Shown here: positions 14,490 to 47,834 of the stretch, piece by piece
How positions within the stretch are numbered: position 1 is the first letter of the stretch
Layout: each line of letters begins with the position of its first letter
Assembly (NCBI GenBank): GCA_033442325.1
Contig: JAWQFM010000008.1
Coordinates: forward strand, 1,051,194-1,115,193
From: Salpingoeca rosetta
Taxonomy: Eukaryota > Protista > Choanoflagellata
Length of the DNA: 64,000 bases
Reading direction: 5' to 3'
Made by a program: the position numbers and the translations under genes
The notes under the pieces: model-generated
What the model was told of the DNA's origin: nothing
What the model saw: the letters and a program-made list of their open reading frames with translations, nothing else
The model's database searches: none

Positions 14490-15022
14490 CACACACACGC
14501 ACACACACACACACACACACACATGCACGGCTTCGCACCGAAGAGGGTTGGAGGTTCTGGACGGACATAGGATCCAGTTGCCGACGTGTAAGCAATGGTC
14601 ATGTCGTAAACGCTGTCAAGACTCGTGCCAAGCGACTGCACGGCCGCAATAAAGCCCTGTTGTGCAGTAATGGTGAGCGAACGCGGCGCGCGCGTGTTTG
14701 CGTGCACGTGTGTGTGCATGTTGAGCATGCATGTGTATGTGTGTATGTGTGTGCGTTGTTGTTTGAGAGTGTGCAGTGCATGATGTTTGATGTGTGCATG
14801 TGCGCGCGTGCGTGCGTCCAACCAACACTAGCGAACGACACATGCCCGAGCGCTCACCTTGCTGCGTGGAGTCAACACGTGTTGTGTCTCAGGCAATCCT
14901 GCAAGATGTAACATGATGCACGAGTCAATGTGGGCAACAGACTGTGTGTATGTCGGAGTAATTGATGCGGCTGCAAACACACACAGAGTCACACACACGC
15001 TCACACCCTCACACACGCACAG

Positions 15023-15068
<46 letters not shown>

Positions 15069-15497
15069 CACACACGCACAGTCACACACGCAGTCACACA
15101 CACACACAGATACAGACAGTGCGCATTTACCTCTGCTGTGTGCAAACGCGAGGCTTTCTTTCGCCTTCTGTGGGGTGTAGCGTGTTCCCTCGGGGAAGAT
15201 GATCAGGGAATACTGCAAGCAGCGCCATGTCAAGCGCAAGTGCAAGGATGGTGCCGTGGTTGATACGATGGCACAGAACCAGTACATGCACAAGTCGGCA
15301 CTAGCATGACACACGTGCACACAAGGAAGCACGCAAGGGAGCACAATACACATTCTCACAACACTACACGACTACACTACACTACACTACACTACACTAC
15401 ACTACACTACACTACACTACACACACACTCACTCACTCACTCCACACACACGCACACTCCACACACACACACACACACACACACACCAACACACACT

Positions 15498-15563
<66 letters not shown>

Positions 15564-15853
15564 AGAGAGAGCACAACACAACACAATACAATGTGGCAGC
15601 AGACTCACGTTCTGGCCGGATTCTGCAATCTCAGTGAGCTTGCGCTTGATGCGTGGCTCGTCCTTCTGCCATGACTTGCGCACGTACACAAAGCCACTCA
15701 TCCACCAGAACCAACCGAACATGGGCACATACTTGAGCGTGTTCTGGTGTGCAGCCACGCAAGCAAGTCGGCCAGCATGCAAGGAGGGGGACAGGACGAA
15801 GGGAGTGAGTGGGCGTGACTGAATCCTTCAGGTGCGTAAAGGCTGTGCATGAA

Positions 15854-15946
<93 letters not shown>

Positions 15947-16725
15947 GCGTGATGGAAACAAGGGCCGCCGGCGAGACGAATTCGCGCACAAGACACGTGT
16001 GTGGGGGGGGGGACCTGCACCTTGAGGATGAAAGCGCAGCGGCCATCGCAGTTGGCAGGGCGCAGGGCTGCTGTGATGGTGAGCCAGTCCACGTCGCTCT
16101 GGTGGTTGCAGATGCACAGCTGATTCTCGTCACCAGGGAGATCCCCGTACAACGTGAACTGACACGTGACATGGATGCGGCAAAGCACAGGTACAAGACG
16201 TACAACCACATCACCGTGAGTGGGTGAAGCACCACAACGATAGCAGCCAATCGATCATCAGCCCTTGCTGACTGTCATACACGCAAGAAGTCGCGCCCCC
16301 CACATGCAACTGCATGCAACTGCACACATGCACACATATGTACATGCAACACACATACACACACAAACGCACATGCACGCACATGCACACACATGCACAC
16401 ACACACGTACCTTGGTACCGCCAACGTCCCGGACAAAGATGAGGACGTGCCTGTAGAAGGAAGCGCGAATGGCGTTCCCAGCGGCCCGCAGCAGTGGCTT
16501 GGAGACGAGGCCCAGTCCAGAAAACACGGCAATGTTGAAGGCGCTGGTGAACACAGGAAAGGCAGCAAACAGGCCAACAGCGCATGCGCCCGTCAGCGCG
16601 TGTTCCCACAGCGGACGTGGGCGAATAGAACGCACGGGAAACGGCCTCAGCCGAAGCTCAGGAGGCCCTGCGCGCGAGGAATCACCACCACCACCACCAT
16701 CGCGACTGCTGCTGTTCCTCATCAT
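13346..16725 (-). CDS. AGPAT5: 1-acylglycerol-3-phosphate O-acyltransferase, AGPAT5/LPAAT-epsilon-like
   Basis: Contains the PlsC motifs CNHQSDVDW (NHx4D), [35 protein letters not shown] and VYDMTIAY. It also has [10 protein letters not shown] and a C-terminal hydrophobic exon [24 protein letters not shown] (stop 13346-13348). Subfamily assignment is less certain than family assignment. Confidence 0.88.
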
Positions 16726-16877
16726 GTATGTTTCAAAAAGGTCGGAAGCTCGTCTCCGCACACGATCGCGACACCATAAAGTGCAGAAGTGGTTGGCGCG
16801 CAAAACTTGAGAGCAGGAGAGGACACCACCAGCCAGCCACACCCAGCCAGCCACACACGTCCACACGCAGCTGCACA
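16726..16877. promoter_or_regulatory. 152-bp bidirectional promoter region between AGPAT5 and CTF18, with an E2F-like site (TTGGCGCGCAAAA, 16793-16805) and a CHR-like TTCAAA (16732-16737)
   Basis: The divergent ATGs lie at 16725 and 16878. The motifs are read directly from the sequence; their function is inferred. Confidence 0.55.
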
Positions 16878-25300
<8,423 letters not shown>

Positions 25301-25928
25301 ACCACCACTGCGCGCGCGCGCGAGTGTGTGTGCGTGTGCACATTCATGTGTGTGTGTGTGTCTTCACAATGCCCTGCTTTGTGGTCTTGATTTGTCTTCA
25401 CATTCCCTAACTGCTCTGCCAATAAGAACGCTTCGTACCATTCAATGCACGGACACAAACGCACACAGACAAGGGTGTATGAACAGACAACGAGCAAAAC
25501 CAGGTGCTGCAAGCAAACATAAGCAGCACACGAACAAACCACAAACACAATACGTTGAGGCAAATAAGAACAAGAGGAGAGAAGAGGCTGGACTATCAAA
25601 TTGTCGATCAAAGGAAGGCATGAAGGTTGATGTTTGCAGCAAAAGGGCATGGGGTGATGGTAAAACACTACACGCGCCACAAACCGGCCATGCAGTGCAG
25701 CTAGCAGCGTGCCCAACTGTTGCGTAACAGCGACAGCACCACACTGAGACAGACACGGTGGCATGAGCGAGGGCAAGCGGCAGGGAATCAACGAGCAGCA
25801 GTGACGAGGAGGAGAAGGGAGATAAAAGAGGACAAGCAGCTGTGAGGAGCACACCAAAGTAGTGGTGGTAGAAGCCGTTGCAGCAGTAGCAGCAGTGGCG
25901 AGAAGATGTGACCGTTTCTTGATCCGCA

Positions 25929-30243
<4,315 letters not shown>

Positions 30244-30525
30244 TCTCGGGGTGTGCGTGTTTGTAGCCGTGTGCGTGGATGACCTTGCTTGTCTTGTGCA
30301 CGTGTGCGCGGTTTGTGTGTGCTTCTTCTCTCTGTCTTGCGTGGGCTGCGCTGTGTGCGGAATATTGTAGGGAATCTTTGCGATTTAATTCAACTGCCCG
30401 GTTTGGCCGACCGCCAAATTCAAATTTTCATCCACAACCACCAAACACACAACAACACACCCCACACCGCATCAACCAACCGACCGACCGGAGAGCTACC
30501 TTAACTACCCAGTCCACCCTCAGCC

Positions 30526-37031
<6,506 letters not shown>

Positions 37032-38409
37032 ACCTGAGTGAGGTGAATGTGTGTGTGTGTGTGTTTGTGCGTGTGTGTGTGTGTGTGTTTGCTTGTTTGC
37101 TTGTTTATTACCTGTTGTTTTGTTGTTTGTCTGTTTGTCTGTTTGTTTGTTTGTTTGTTTGTGTTCATTCTGAGCTTTGTAGACAGAAAGCACTGTTGTG
37201 TATGGGCGCGCACTGTAGAGAGGGCATATTGCACTAGTTGTGTGGTGTGCGTAGCGTGGTGCGATGAGCTTGTGTTGATTGTGCTAATGTGGCACTGCGA
37301 GTTACATGCTGTGTTACATGCACTTACAAAGTCGTACAATCATGCTTGGCAAAGCAAAGCGATGGGGTCGAGCAGTTTATTCACCGTGGAAGCGCAAGTC
37401 ATCAACTCCAATCAAAGATGGACAGGGAATTAGAATGTTGGAAGCAGCAACAACACTGCCCAGGAGGACGTGAAAGACAAGGTTGCAGAGCGAAGAGACA
37501 GATGATGTAGTCGGAGAAAGAGACAGATAGTGTAATGTGGCAAGGGGAAAGACAATGATTTGTCTCTTTGGCGCACCTGCCAACGAAATAACACGAGCTG
37601 TGGCAACAGGGCGCAAAGAGGAAGGTGCAAGCGAAAGAGTGACGCAAACCAAAGTGCAAGAAGGCACAACCAAGAAACAACGAGCAAAGAAGAAGAAGAA
37701 GAAGAAGAAGGCGAATTGCAGGCTAGCGAGACAGAGGACAAGGGCACGCCCGCAAGCAAGGATGCTGCCAAATAGAAAAAAAATCACGCACGCACGGGCA
37801 AGCAAATGGACATCATCTGTGCAGATACACACAGGCGCGTGCGAACGCTGGCTGCACCACAGTTGGTTACAATAGTCAGAGAGGGGGAGATAGAGGCAGA
37901 GAGACAGAGAGACAGACGGAGAGCGGCAGTGACAGAGACAGAGTGACAGAGAGGGAGAGAGGCAAAGCAACAGAAGTGAAGAGGGTAATCAAGAAAAGCA
38001 AGCAAAGAAGCAAGTGCAGCAAGAAAGGCAGGGAGAGGAGGGTGAAAGGTTGGTATTGAGGGCAAGGAAACGCGGGAGGCAGTCGCGAGGGGAGGAGGAC
38101 AGTGTCAAGGGGGCAGGGAGAAGCAGAGAGTACACTGTCACCAAAGGAACAAGACCATGAGAAGCTGGCGCTCTCGCGCAACAAGTACAATGCATGTGAA
38201 GTAACAATGTAACAGCGAAAAGCACAGACAAACGCAGGAGCGGCGCTTGTGCAAGAAGAAGAGTAAGACGAAGGATGAGGATTAGGAGGAGGAGGAGGAG
38301 TGGCTTCAAGTGGCTATAAGTGATGCCTGTCATGTGGTCGTTGGATTCAGTAGCCGGGGAGCCGCCTTGGCTTGAGTCAGGTAGCTTTGCTGGCTTGAGT
38401 CAGGGCAGC

Positions 38410-38988
38410 TCAGCCGAAGAGGGACCAGTCGTTGATTTGCAAGGTGTCGATGGCTTGTGTGAACACGGCGAGGGCCTGCTCCGGTGCGTTGTAGTGGGCC
38501 ATGCGCTGTGCATCCACGTTGGGCGCGACGGCGCTCTGTTCGCTGATGAAGACGGGGCTGTTGAACGACACGACAATGTCTGCGGAGACGTTGTGTGCGC
38601 GGAAGCACGCCACATGCACGCGCACGCTGTTGGCGCGGTCTGCGCGGTCGCGGTGCTTGCCCACTTGCTGCAGGCCCCACATGACGGTTCGCTGGACGTT
38701 GTTGTCACCCATGACGACCCTCTGCTGCGTCTCAGTCTCCACCTCGGTGGACAGTGCGCCGCCCTCGCTGGCAATGACATCAAAGTGGAAGCGGGCTGCC
38801 TCTGCATCTGGCGCGTCCGGCGGCAGCTCGAGAATCTCGATGATGAAGCTCTGGTCTGTTGAGGCGTCTGCAAACACCTCCTGGTTGTTTGGCACTTGGC
38901 GCACCATGCTGATGTCCATGAACCGTGCCGGCACAGTCATCGACATGGCCCCTCCAAACAGCGGTCGCACCACCGGCTCGTCCCCCAT
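38410..38988 (-). CDS. RANGRF: Ran guanine nucleotide release factor Mog1 (intronless)
   Basis: RPLFGGAMSMTVPARFMDISMVRQVPNNQEVFAD...DQSFIIEILE...AARFHFDVIA...ADIVVSFNSP...LQINDWSLFG* matches the Mog1/PsbP-like family signature. Confidence 0.93.
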   Translation of the reverse strand: MGDEPVVRPLFGGAMSMTVPARFMDISMVRQVPNNQEVFADASTDQSFIIEILELPPDAPDAEAARFHFDVIASEGGALSTEVETETQQRVVMGDNNVQRTVMWGLQQVGKHRDRADRANSVRVHVACFRAHNVSADIVVSFNSPVFISEQSAVAPNVDAQRMAHYNAPEQALAVFTQAIDTLQINDWSLFG

Positions 38989-39012
38989 CGTCAGTTCGTG
39001 TCGTGTGTCGTG

Positions 39013-39051
<39 letters not shown>

Positions 39052-39420
39052 AAAAAGAAAGGGATGGAGGGAGTTGGGCAGCCAGCTTTCTTGTGGACAG
39101 TGAGGGCAAGTGATGTGCTATCGCTGATGGGGAGTGTGATGTAAATGAAGACAACGAAGAGGGTGGATTGGTTGGTGGATGTGTGAGGGTGGTTTGACGT
39201 TGAGGTGCACTCTGCAGTGGACGTGAGTGAGGTCGCTCGCACAAACAACTGGTTTGTCATCCACAACCAGTTTGGTGTGATTTTGCCAATTGCAGGGAGA
39301 CTGTGCACAATTTGCAAATCATGGTTCACTGATGTGAAGCCGACGCACACATGAAATAAACACACACACATGAAATACAAACAAACACACAAACACGCAA
39401 ACAAACACAACATGACACAC

Positions 39421-39455
<35 letters not shown>

Positions 39456-39505
39456 ACACACCAGCACACACACACGCACGCACACAAGCACGCACACGCA
39501 GACAA

Positions 39506-42500
39506 TCACTGGGTGAATGTGGCGAGGGACTTGTCGATGGGCAGGCTCTTGGTTGCCACCCACTGGCAAAACTCGTCAAAGAGGACCTGCCCGCCACCGT
39601 TGGTGTCAATTGCCGCAAACTCGCGCTTCACCTCGTCCGGGCTCAGGTGCATGCCGAGCGCCTTCTGGCCCTGCGCAAACTCCCGCACGTCGATGCGGCG
39701 GTCCTGGCCCTGGTCAATCGCCGTAAACACCGTAAACGTCTTCACAAAGTACAGCAGGTTGCGCAGCAGGGCGGGGAACTCGCCCGGCTCCACCCACGCA
39801 TCGCCATCGCCGTCCTTGAGGGTGGTGTGCTTGTACGCGCGCATCATGGCGGGCTTGTGGTTCAGCACAGGGTAGTTCTCAACCTATCACATCCAGGGCG
39901 GTAGGGGGGGGGAAGGCGGGGGTCGACAGCGTGAGAGACGAAGAGAGAGATAGGGGGGGGGGGAAGCAACAAAGCGGGGAGGGGCACAAGGTGAACATGC
40001 CAAATGAACCCAAAGAAATCACACACACGCACGCACACACACACACACACAACACACACACACACACACAACATGCACACAACAAGCACGTAACCACAAA
40101 CACACACACACACACGAACACAACAAACGCAGACAAGTACACGCAACCACAAACACGCGCACACACGCACGCACACAACATGCACACACACAACAAGCAC
40201 ACATATGAACACAACAAACGCAGACAAGTGCACAGTACGTACGCACCGCCCATTTGTCAATCTCGGCGAGGGAGACGATGCCGTTGCCGTTGTAGTCGAT
40301 GCGACGCCAGACCTTCTTGACAGCGGCGGGTGTGGACAGCAGTTTCTTGAACCGCTCCTCCACAGCATCAAACTTGGCCAGCATGGCGTCCGTGTTGATC
40401 TGCTTCTGCATCTTCTCGTCCTTTCTGCCTGCGCTGGTGCCGCTGCTTGTGCCCACGTTCTTGCTTGCGCGCGTGTACTCTGTCAGCACCTCGCCGTCCA
40501 CGGGGATGGCCTTTCGCGCCACATATGCGCAGAACTCGTCAAACAGGACAATGCCCCCATCGTTCATGTCCATGAGGTCAAATTCTGCACGCGCCTCGGA
40601 GGTGGGGATGCTCAGGCCAATCTCGCCCAGGCCGCGCTTGAACTCGTCAAAGTCGAGGCGCCTGTCGTCGTCCCTGTCAATGTCCTCAAACACGTGGAAG
40701 AGCTTGTTGAAGTAGAAGATGTTTCGGATGAGGGCGGGAAACTCCCGGCGCTCCACCCACGCGTCGCCGTCGCCGTCCTTCAGCGTCGTCTGCTTGTACG
40801 CGCGCATCAGAGCGGGCTTTGAGTTGAGCAGCGGGTACTGTTCCACCTGTTGCGCAGGTTGGCAGGGAAGATGGAAGAAGGCAGAGGGGTGGTGGTGACG
40901 TGGTGGTGGTGGTGGTGAAGGAAGATTGGAGGATGAGGAATGGGTGGTTAGGGATGGGTTGCGGCTGCAATAAAACCTTCTGTAAAACCAGCACACCAAC
41001 ACAACTTCCAACCACACCAGCAGCAGCGAGAGCAGCAAGAGCTACAAGAGCAAGAAACCGCAAGAGAACCAGGACGAGTGTGCGTACCACCCATTTGTCG
41101 ATCTCGGCAAGGGAGCAGATGCCGTTGCCGTTGTAGTCGCAGGAGCGCCATGCGGCCTTGAGCTGCTGCGGATCAGCCATCAGCGCCTTCATCTCCGCCT
41201 CCAGCGCATCAAACTCGCGCGTGTCAATGTCCGCCTTCCTGTCCAGCTTCTTCGGCTGCTTCGACGACGAGGACGATGCGTGTGTCTCCATTGTCTTCGA
41301 GGCCGAGGTGGCGGAAGTCACCACTTCGCCGTCCACGGGGCACGAGTTGCGTGCCACCCAAGAGCACATCTCGTCGAAGAGGACCAGGCCGCCGCCGTTC
41401 TTGTCCATGAGGGCAAACTCCTGCTCCAGCTGCTGCCGGGAGAGCGACAGGCCAAGGTGCTCCGCGCTTTTCAAAAACTCGCCCAGGTCCACGCGCCTGT
41501 CGTCGTCCCTGTCAATCACGTCAAACACGTGGAAGAGCTTGTTGAAGTAGAAGATGTTTCGGATGAGGGCGGGAAACTCCCGGCGCTCCACCCACGCGTC
41601 GCCGTCGCCGTCCTTCAGCGTCGTCTGCTTGTACGCGCGCATCAGAGCGGGCTTGTGGTCAAGGAGCGGGTACCGCTCGACCTGACATGTGCGTGGAGAG
41701 ACAGATGAACAGGGAGTGGGGGAGGGGGGATGTATTGAATGAGTGACATGAGTGACATGAGTGACACGTGGGCTGAATGTTGGCGGTGATGGCGTGTGTG
41801 TGTGTGTGTGCTTGTGTGTGTGTGCTTGTGCGTGTGTGTGTGCTTGTGCGTGTGTGTGTGTGTGCTTGGGTGTGTGCTTGTGTGTGTGTGTGTGTGATAG
41901 CAGCACAGCGACAGCAGCGAGATAATGCAACAAAACGGGAAAGCAAACCCCAAAGCAAGAACAAGAGACACGCGCGAGCGCTCTGAACAGACGCTGACGC
42001 ACCACGAGCTTGTCAATCTCGGCGAGGGAGACGATGCCGTTGTTGTTGAAGTCGAGGGCGCGCCACAGACTGTCCATCTGCCGCTTGTCCTTCACCAGGT
42101 TCTTGAAGTGCGTCTCAAGCTGGTTGAACTTGGACGTGGTGATCTTGCCCACCCCCTTTGTCTTCACAGGCTTCACGGGGCTCACGCCGGCCTTGTGGCC
42201 AGACACAGACTTCCACAGGTCGTAGGAGAGCGGGGTGAACTTCTCTCGCACGCCGCACGCGACATACAGGCACTGGTCCTCCAGCTGGCTTGGGCTCGAA
42301 ACAGGCTTGCCCTCTGCAGTGTACAGCTGGGGACGTGGGGAGTACATATGGGCATGTGTGTGTGTTTGTGTGTGTGTTTGTGTGTGTGTTTGTGTGTGTG
42401 TGTGAGTGTGTGTGTGTGTGAGTTGGAATGGATGGCGGACAACAAAAACTAACGTTGTGGTCAGCACGAATGAGATCGAACAAAAGAGGCGTGCACATCG

Positions 42501-42873
42501 TGTCAGTCAGTGCGTGTGCTACGTACCTTGCTGACGCGCTTGCCGGACGGAAGGACCAGGCGCTGGTTCACGAGCTCTACAACCTGGTGGTGCAAAAGGG
42601 GTGGGCGTGAGTGGCAAGTCGGGGACTGACAGCATGGACAACCCCAACCCCCACCACAACACAACATAACAGGACAATTCGCACCACCCTCCTCCCCCCC
42701 CTTTCCCCATCCCAAGTCTTGCACCATCATTCCGAGACACGATGCAACCATACGTCGTCAATCGAGGGGCGGCCGCGCTGCGGAATCGGCACGCGCGTCG
42801 GCGCATGCGACTCACCGTTACGCGCAACCCTACACAGTGCGTGTGTGTGATTGTGTGATTGTGAGAGTATCGA

Positions 42874-42935
<62 letters not shown>

Positions 42936-43298
42936 CAAAGATAGCGCTGTTGGGATGCGCGCACAGCACGTGATCAGACAGAGGACGGCGGTGGGTGTGT
43001 CTGTGTGTCTGCATTCGTTTGTGACGTACAGAATCACTTTGCTGCCCGCGGAAACGCCTTTGGTCCGCGACTGTCAAACAAATGTGGACGCATGTCAAAT
43101 GTGGGCACAATTTGTTCGCACAGACACGATTGCACACATGGTCAGAAGGCGCTGTGCAAACAAACGAGGGCCCCTGCGTGTGGACAGACAGACGGACAGG
43201 CAGAGCGAGCGAGAGGGAGGGAGAGAGAGGGAGAGAGAGAGAGAGAGGAGGAGAGAGACAGAGATAGAGAGAGGAGGAGAGAGAGAGAGAGAGAGAGG

Positions 43299-43338
<40 letters not shown>

Positions 43339-44513
43339 GCCAGACAGAGAGACACACAGAGACAGACAGAGGGGGGGGGGCAGGGTATGAATGGAGGTGC
43401 CCACCTTGGTTGGGGTGGCCTTGGCACCAGGGCGTGCATGGCCGGCAGGGAGCTTGTACGGCACAGCCTTGAAGGCCTGTTTTCCCGCAGCAACGTAGTA
43501 CTCGCCTGATGTGTGTGTGTGTGTGTGTGCGGTGACATTGGGGCATTGCGGGCAGTCGAACATACAACATCACGACCCTAACAAAGACCGACTTGTTCAC
43601 ACCTGTCTTGAGTTGTGACGGCTCCTTGATGACGGTGCCATCGATGCTGGACCAAACAACATCACATACCACAGCACAAGTCATGAAAGGGGGTGGTGAG
43701 GACGGGAAAGGTCACAAGCAACACGGCAATGCAAGTAAGGCACACCATTGTGGGGAGGGAACTGCACTCACGCATAGAGGCGGCGGACAGCACCGAAAGG
43801 AGGAGACAGACGATTGGTGATCTGCAGCAAGGAACAAAAACCAGAAGAAGAGCGGTGTGAGAACAAGGAAGGGAGAAGCCAAGTGAACGCAAACACGACG
43901 CAGCAACGGCTAGGAACAGCGTGGCACAGACACGATGATGCAGACGAGGATGCAGACACGAGGATGCAGACGAGGATGCAGACACAAGCATGCAGACAAG
44001 GGTGTGGACAAGCATGCAGACGAGGGTGTGCACAAGCATGCAGACGAGGGTGTGCACAAGCATGCAGACAAGGGTGTGCACAAGCATGCAGACGAGGGTG
44101 TGCACAAGCATGCAAACACACACACACACATGTATGCACGCATACTCCTTCCCTCCATGCACTCACCCTGTCCATCAGCACGGCCATGGTGAGGCCGCGA
44201 GCAGGGACGACAACATTGCCTGGAGGCGTGTTGCGATCGCCATTCCTGGAAATGCACAAGCCACGGCTGGTGATTAGCAACACACACACACACAGCAAAG
44301 CAGGCAGTCGAGAAGCAAGAACACACACACACACACACACACAGCAAAGCAGGCAGTCGAGAAGCAAGAACACACACACACACGCACACACAAACACACA
44401 CAAACATATGTACACAAACACACGCACACACACACACACGCATGCACACTCGCACATACACAACTGTGTGTGCTGCCAACTCACACAAAGACACGGAGCT
44501 TGACGGAGGCCAT
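39506..44513 (-). CDS. Tandem doublecortin (2xDCX) domains fused to three flagellar-calcium-binding-protein (calflagin)-like EF-hand modules
   Basis: DCX1: MASVKLRVFV/NGDRNTPPGNVVVPARGLTMAVLMDR/ITNRLSPPFGAVRRLY/SIDGTVIKEPSQLKTG/EYYVAAGKQAFKAVPY. DCX2: RVARNGESHAPTRVPIP.../VVELVNQRLVLPSGKRVSK/LYTAEGKPVSSPSQLEDQCLYVACGVREKFTPLSY. Three repeats follow: W..[LCI]D[FY]N[NG]NGI[VC]SLAEIDK...KPA[LM]MRAYK.TTLKDGDGDAWVE..EFPAL.RN..YF...F..F..ID...DRR.D..EF...EF..[MI]D.N.GG.VLFDE[FM]C. Confidence 0.87.
43975..44115. repeat. 24-bp intronic minisatellite (CACAAGCATGCAGAC[G/A]AGGGTGTG), about 5-6 copies
   Basis: Head-to-tail near-identical units inside an intron of the DCX gene, with no spacers. Confidence 0.9.
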
Positions 44514-44802
44514 GATGCTGGCAAACGGCAGGGTAGATCGCAGGGGATGCGCTGTATGACGGGGGAGCAGGAGCAAAGAACAATGCAGCCAAACGAATGG
44601 AAAGGTTGGCAGGCACACAAGAAGGTTGGCTGTTGTGAGGGCAGCTCAGAAGAAGGTTCAAGTCAGTCAGTGTGTGTGTGTGTGTGTCGGTGCGCACAAA
44701 CGCAAGTGAAGCAAGTGAGCGAGTGAAGGTTGTCAAGTGGAAAGTGCTGAGTCAGCATTTTCCATCGACACACAAAAACAAACAAGACGAGAGGCGACGA
44801 CG

Positions 44803-47358
<2,556 letters not shown>

Positions 47359-47834
47359 CCAGCACAAACACACACACACACACACACACTCACACACACA
47401 CGCACGCACGCACGCACACACGCACTCACACATACACACTGACTACTTTGATCATGTTGCTGCTGTTTTACCCCCCCCCCTTCCACTCTTTCTCTCACCC
47501 ACTCGCTCGCTCGTTCCCGTGTTAGTTGTCCTGTGTAGGTTCTTGCCCTTCCACCTTTCCTCTTCGTACCTCCATCTATCTCTCTTGTGCATGCAAGCAA
47601 GCGCCTGTCTGAAGCAAAAACAACAAAGCCAAGTCGTCGTCATGATGATGTCAGCCACGACGTGAGGCTTGCTTGTGCTTGCTGCTTGCATAACACTCCC
47701 AATGAACAAACAAAGAAAAAAGAAGAGCGCAATGCTGCTCCATTTATCCCAGTGAACCAGGCGCCCACAAGCACGCACTTCAGCACACCGTTCCTCTTCC
47801 TATCCCTCTGCTTCCTTCATCGCCAACCGCCATC

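Noticed and set aside
37400-38330. Purine-rich region with hydrophobic minus-strand ORFs between the HHD-PDZ gene and MOG1
   Set aside because: It is low-complexity, has no motifs or convincing exon structure, and is most simply 3' UTR or intergenic sequence.
43975-44115. Regularly spaced 24-bp repeats as a possible CRISPR array
   Set aside because: The units are head-to-tail without unique spacers, lie in an intron, have no cas genes nearby and are in a eukaryotic context.
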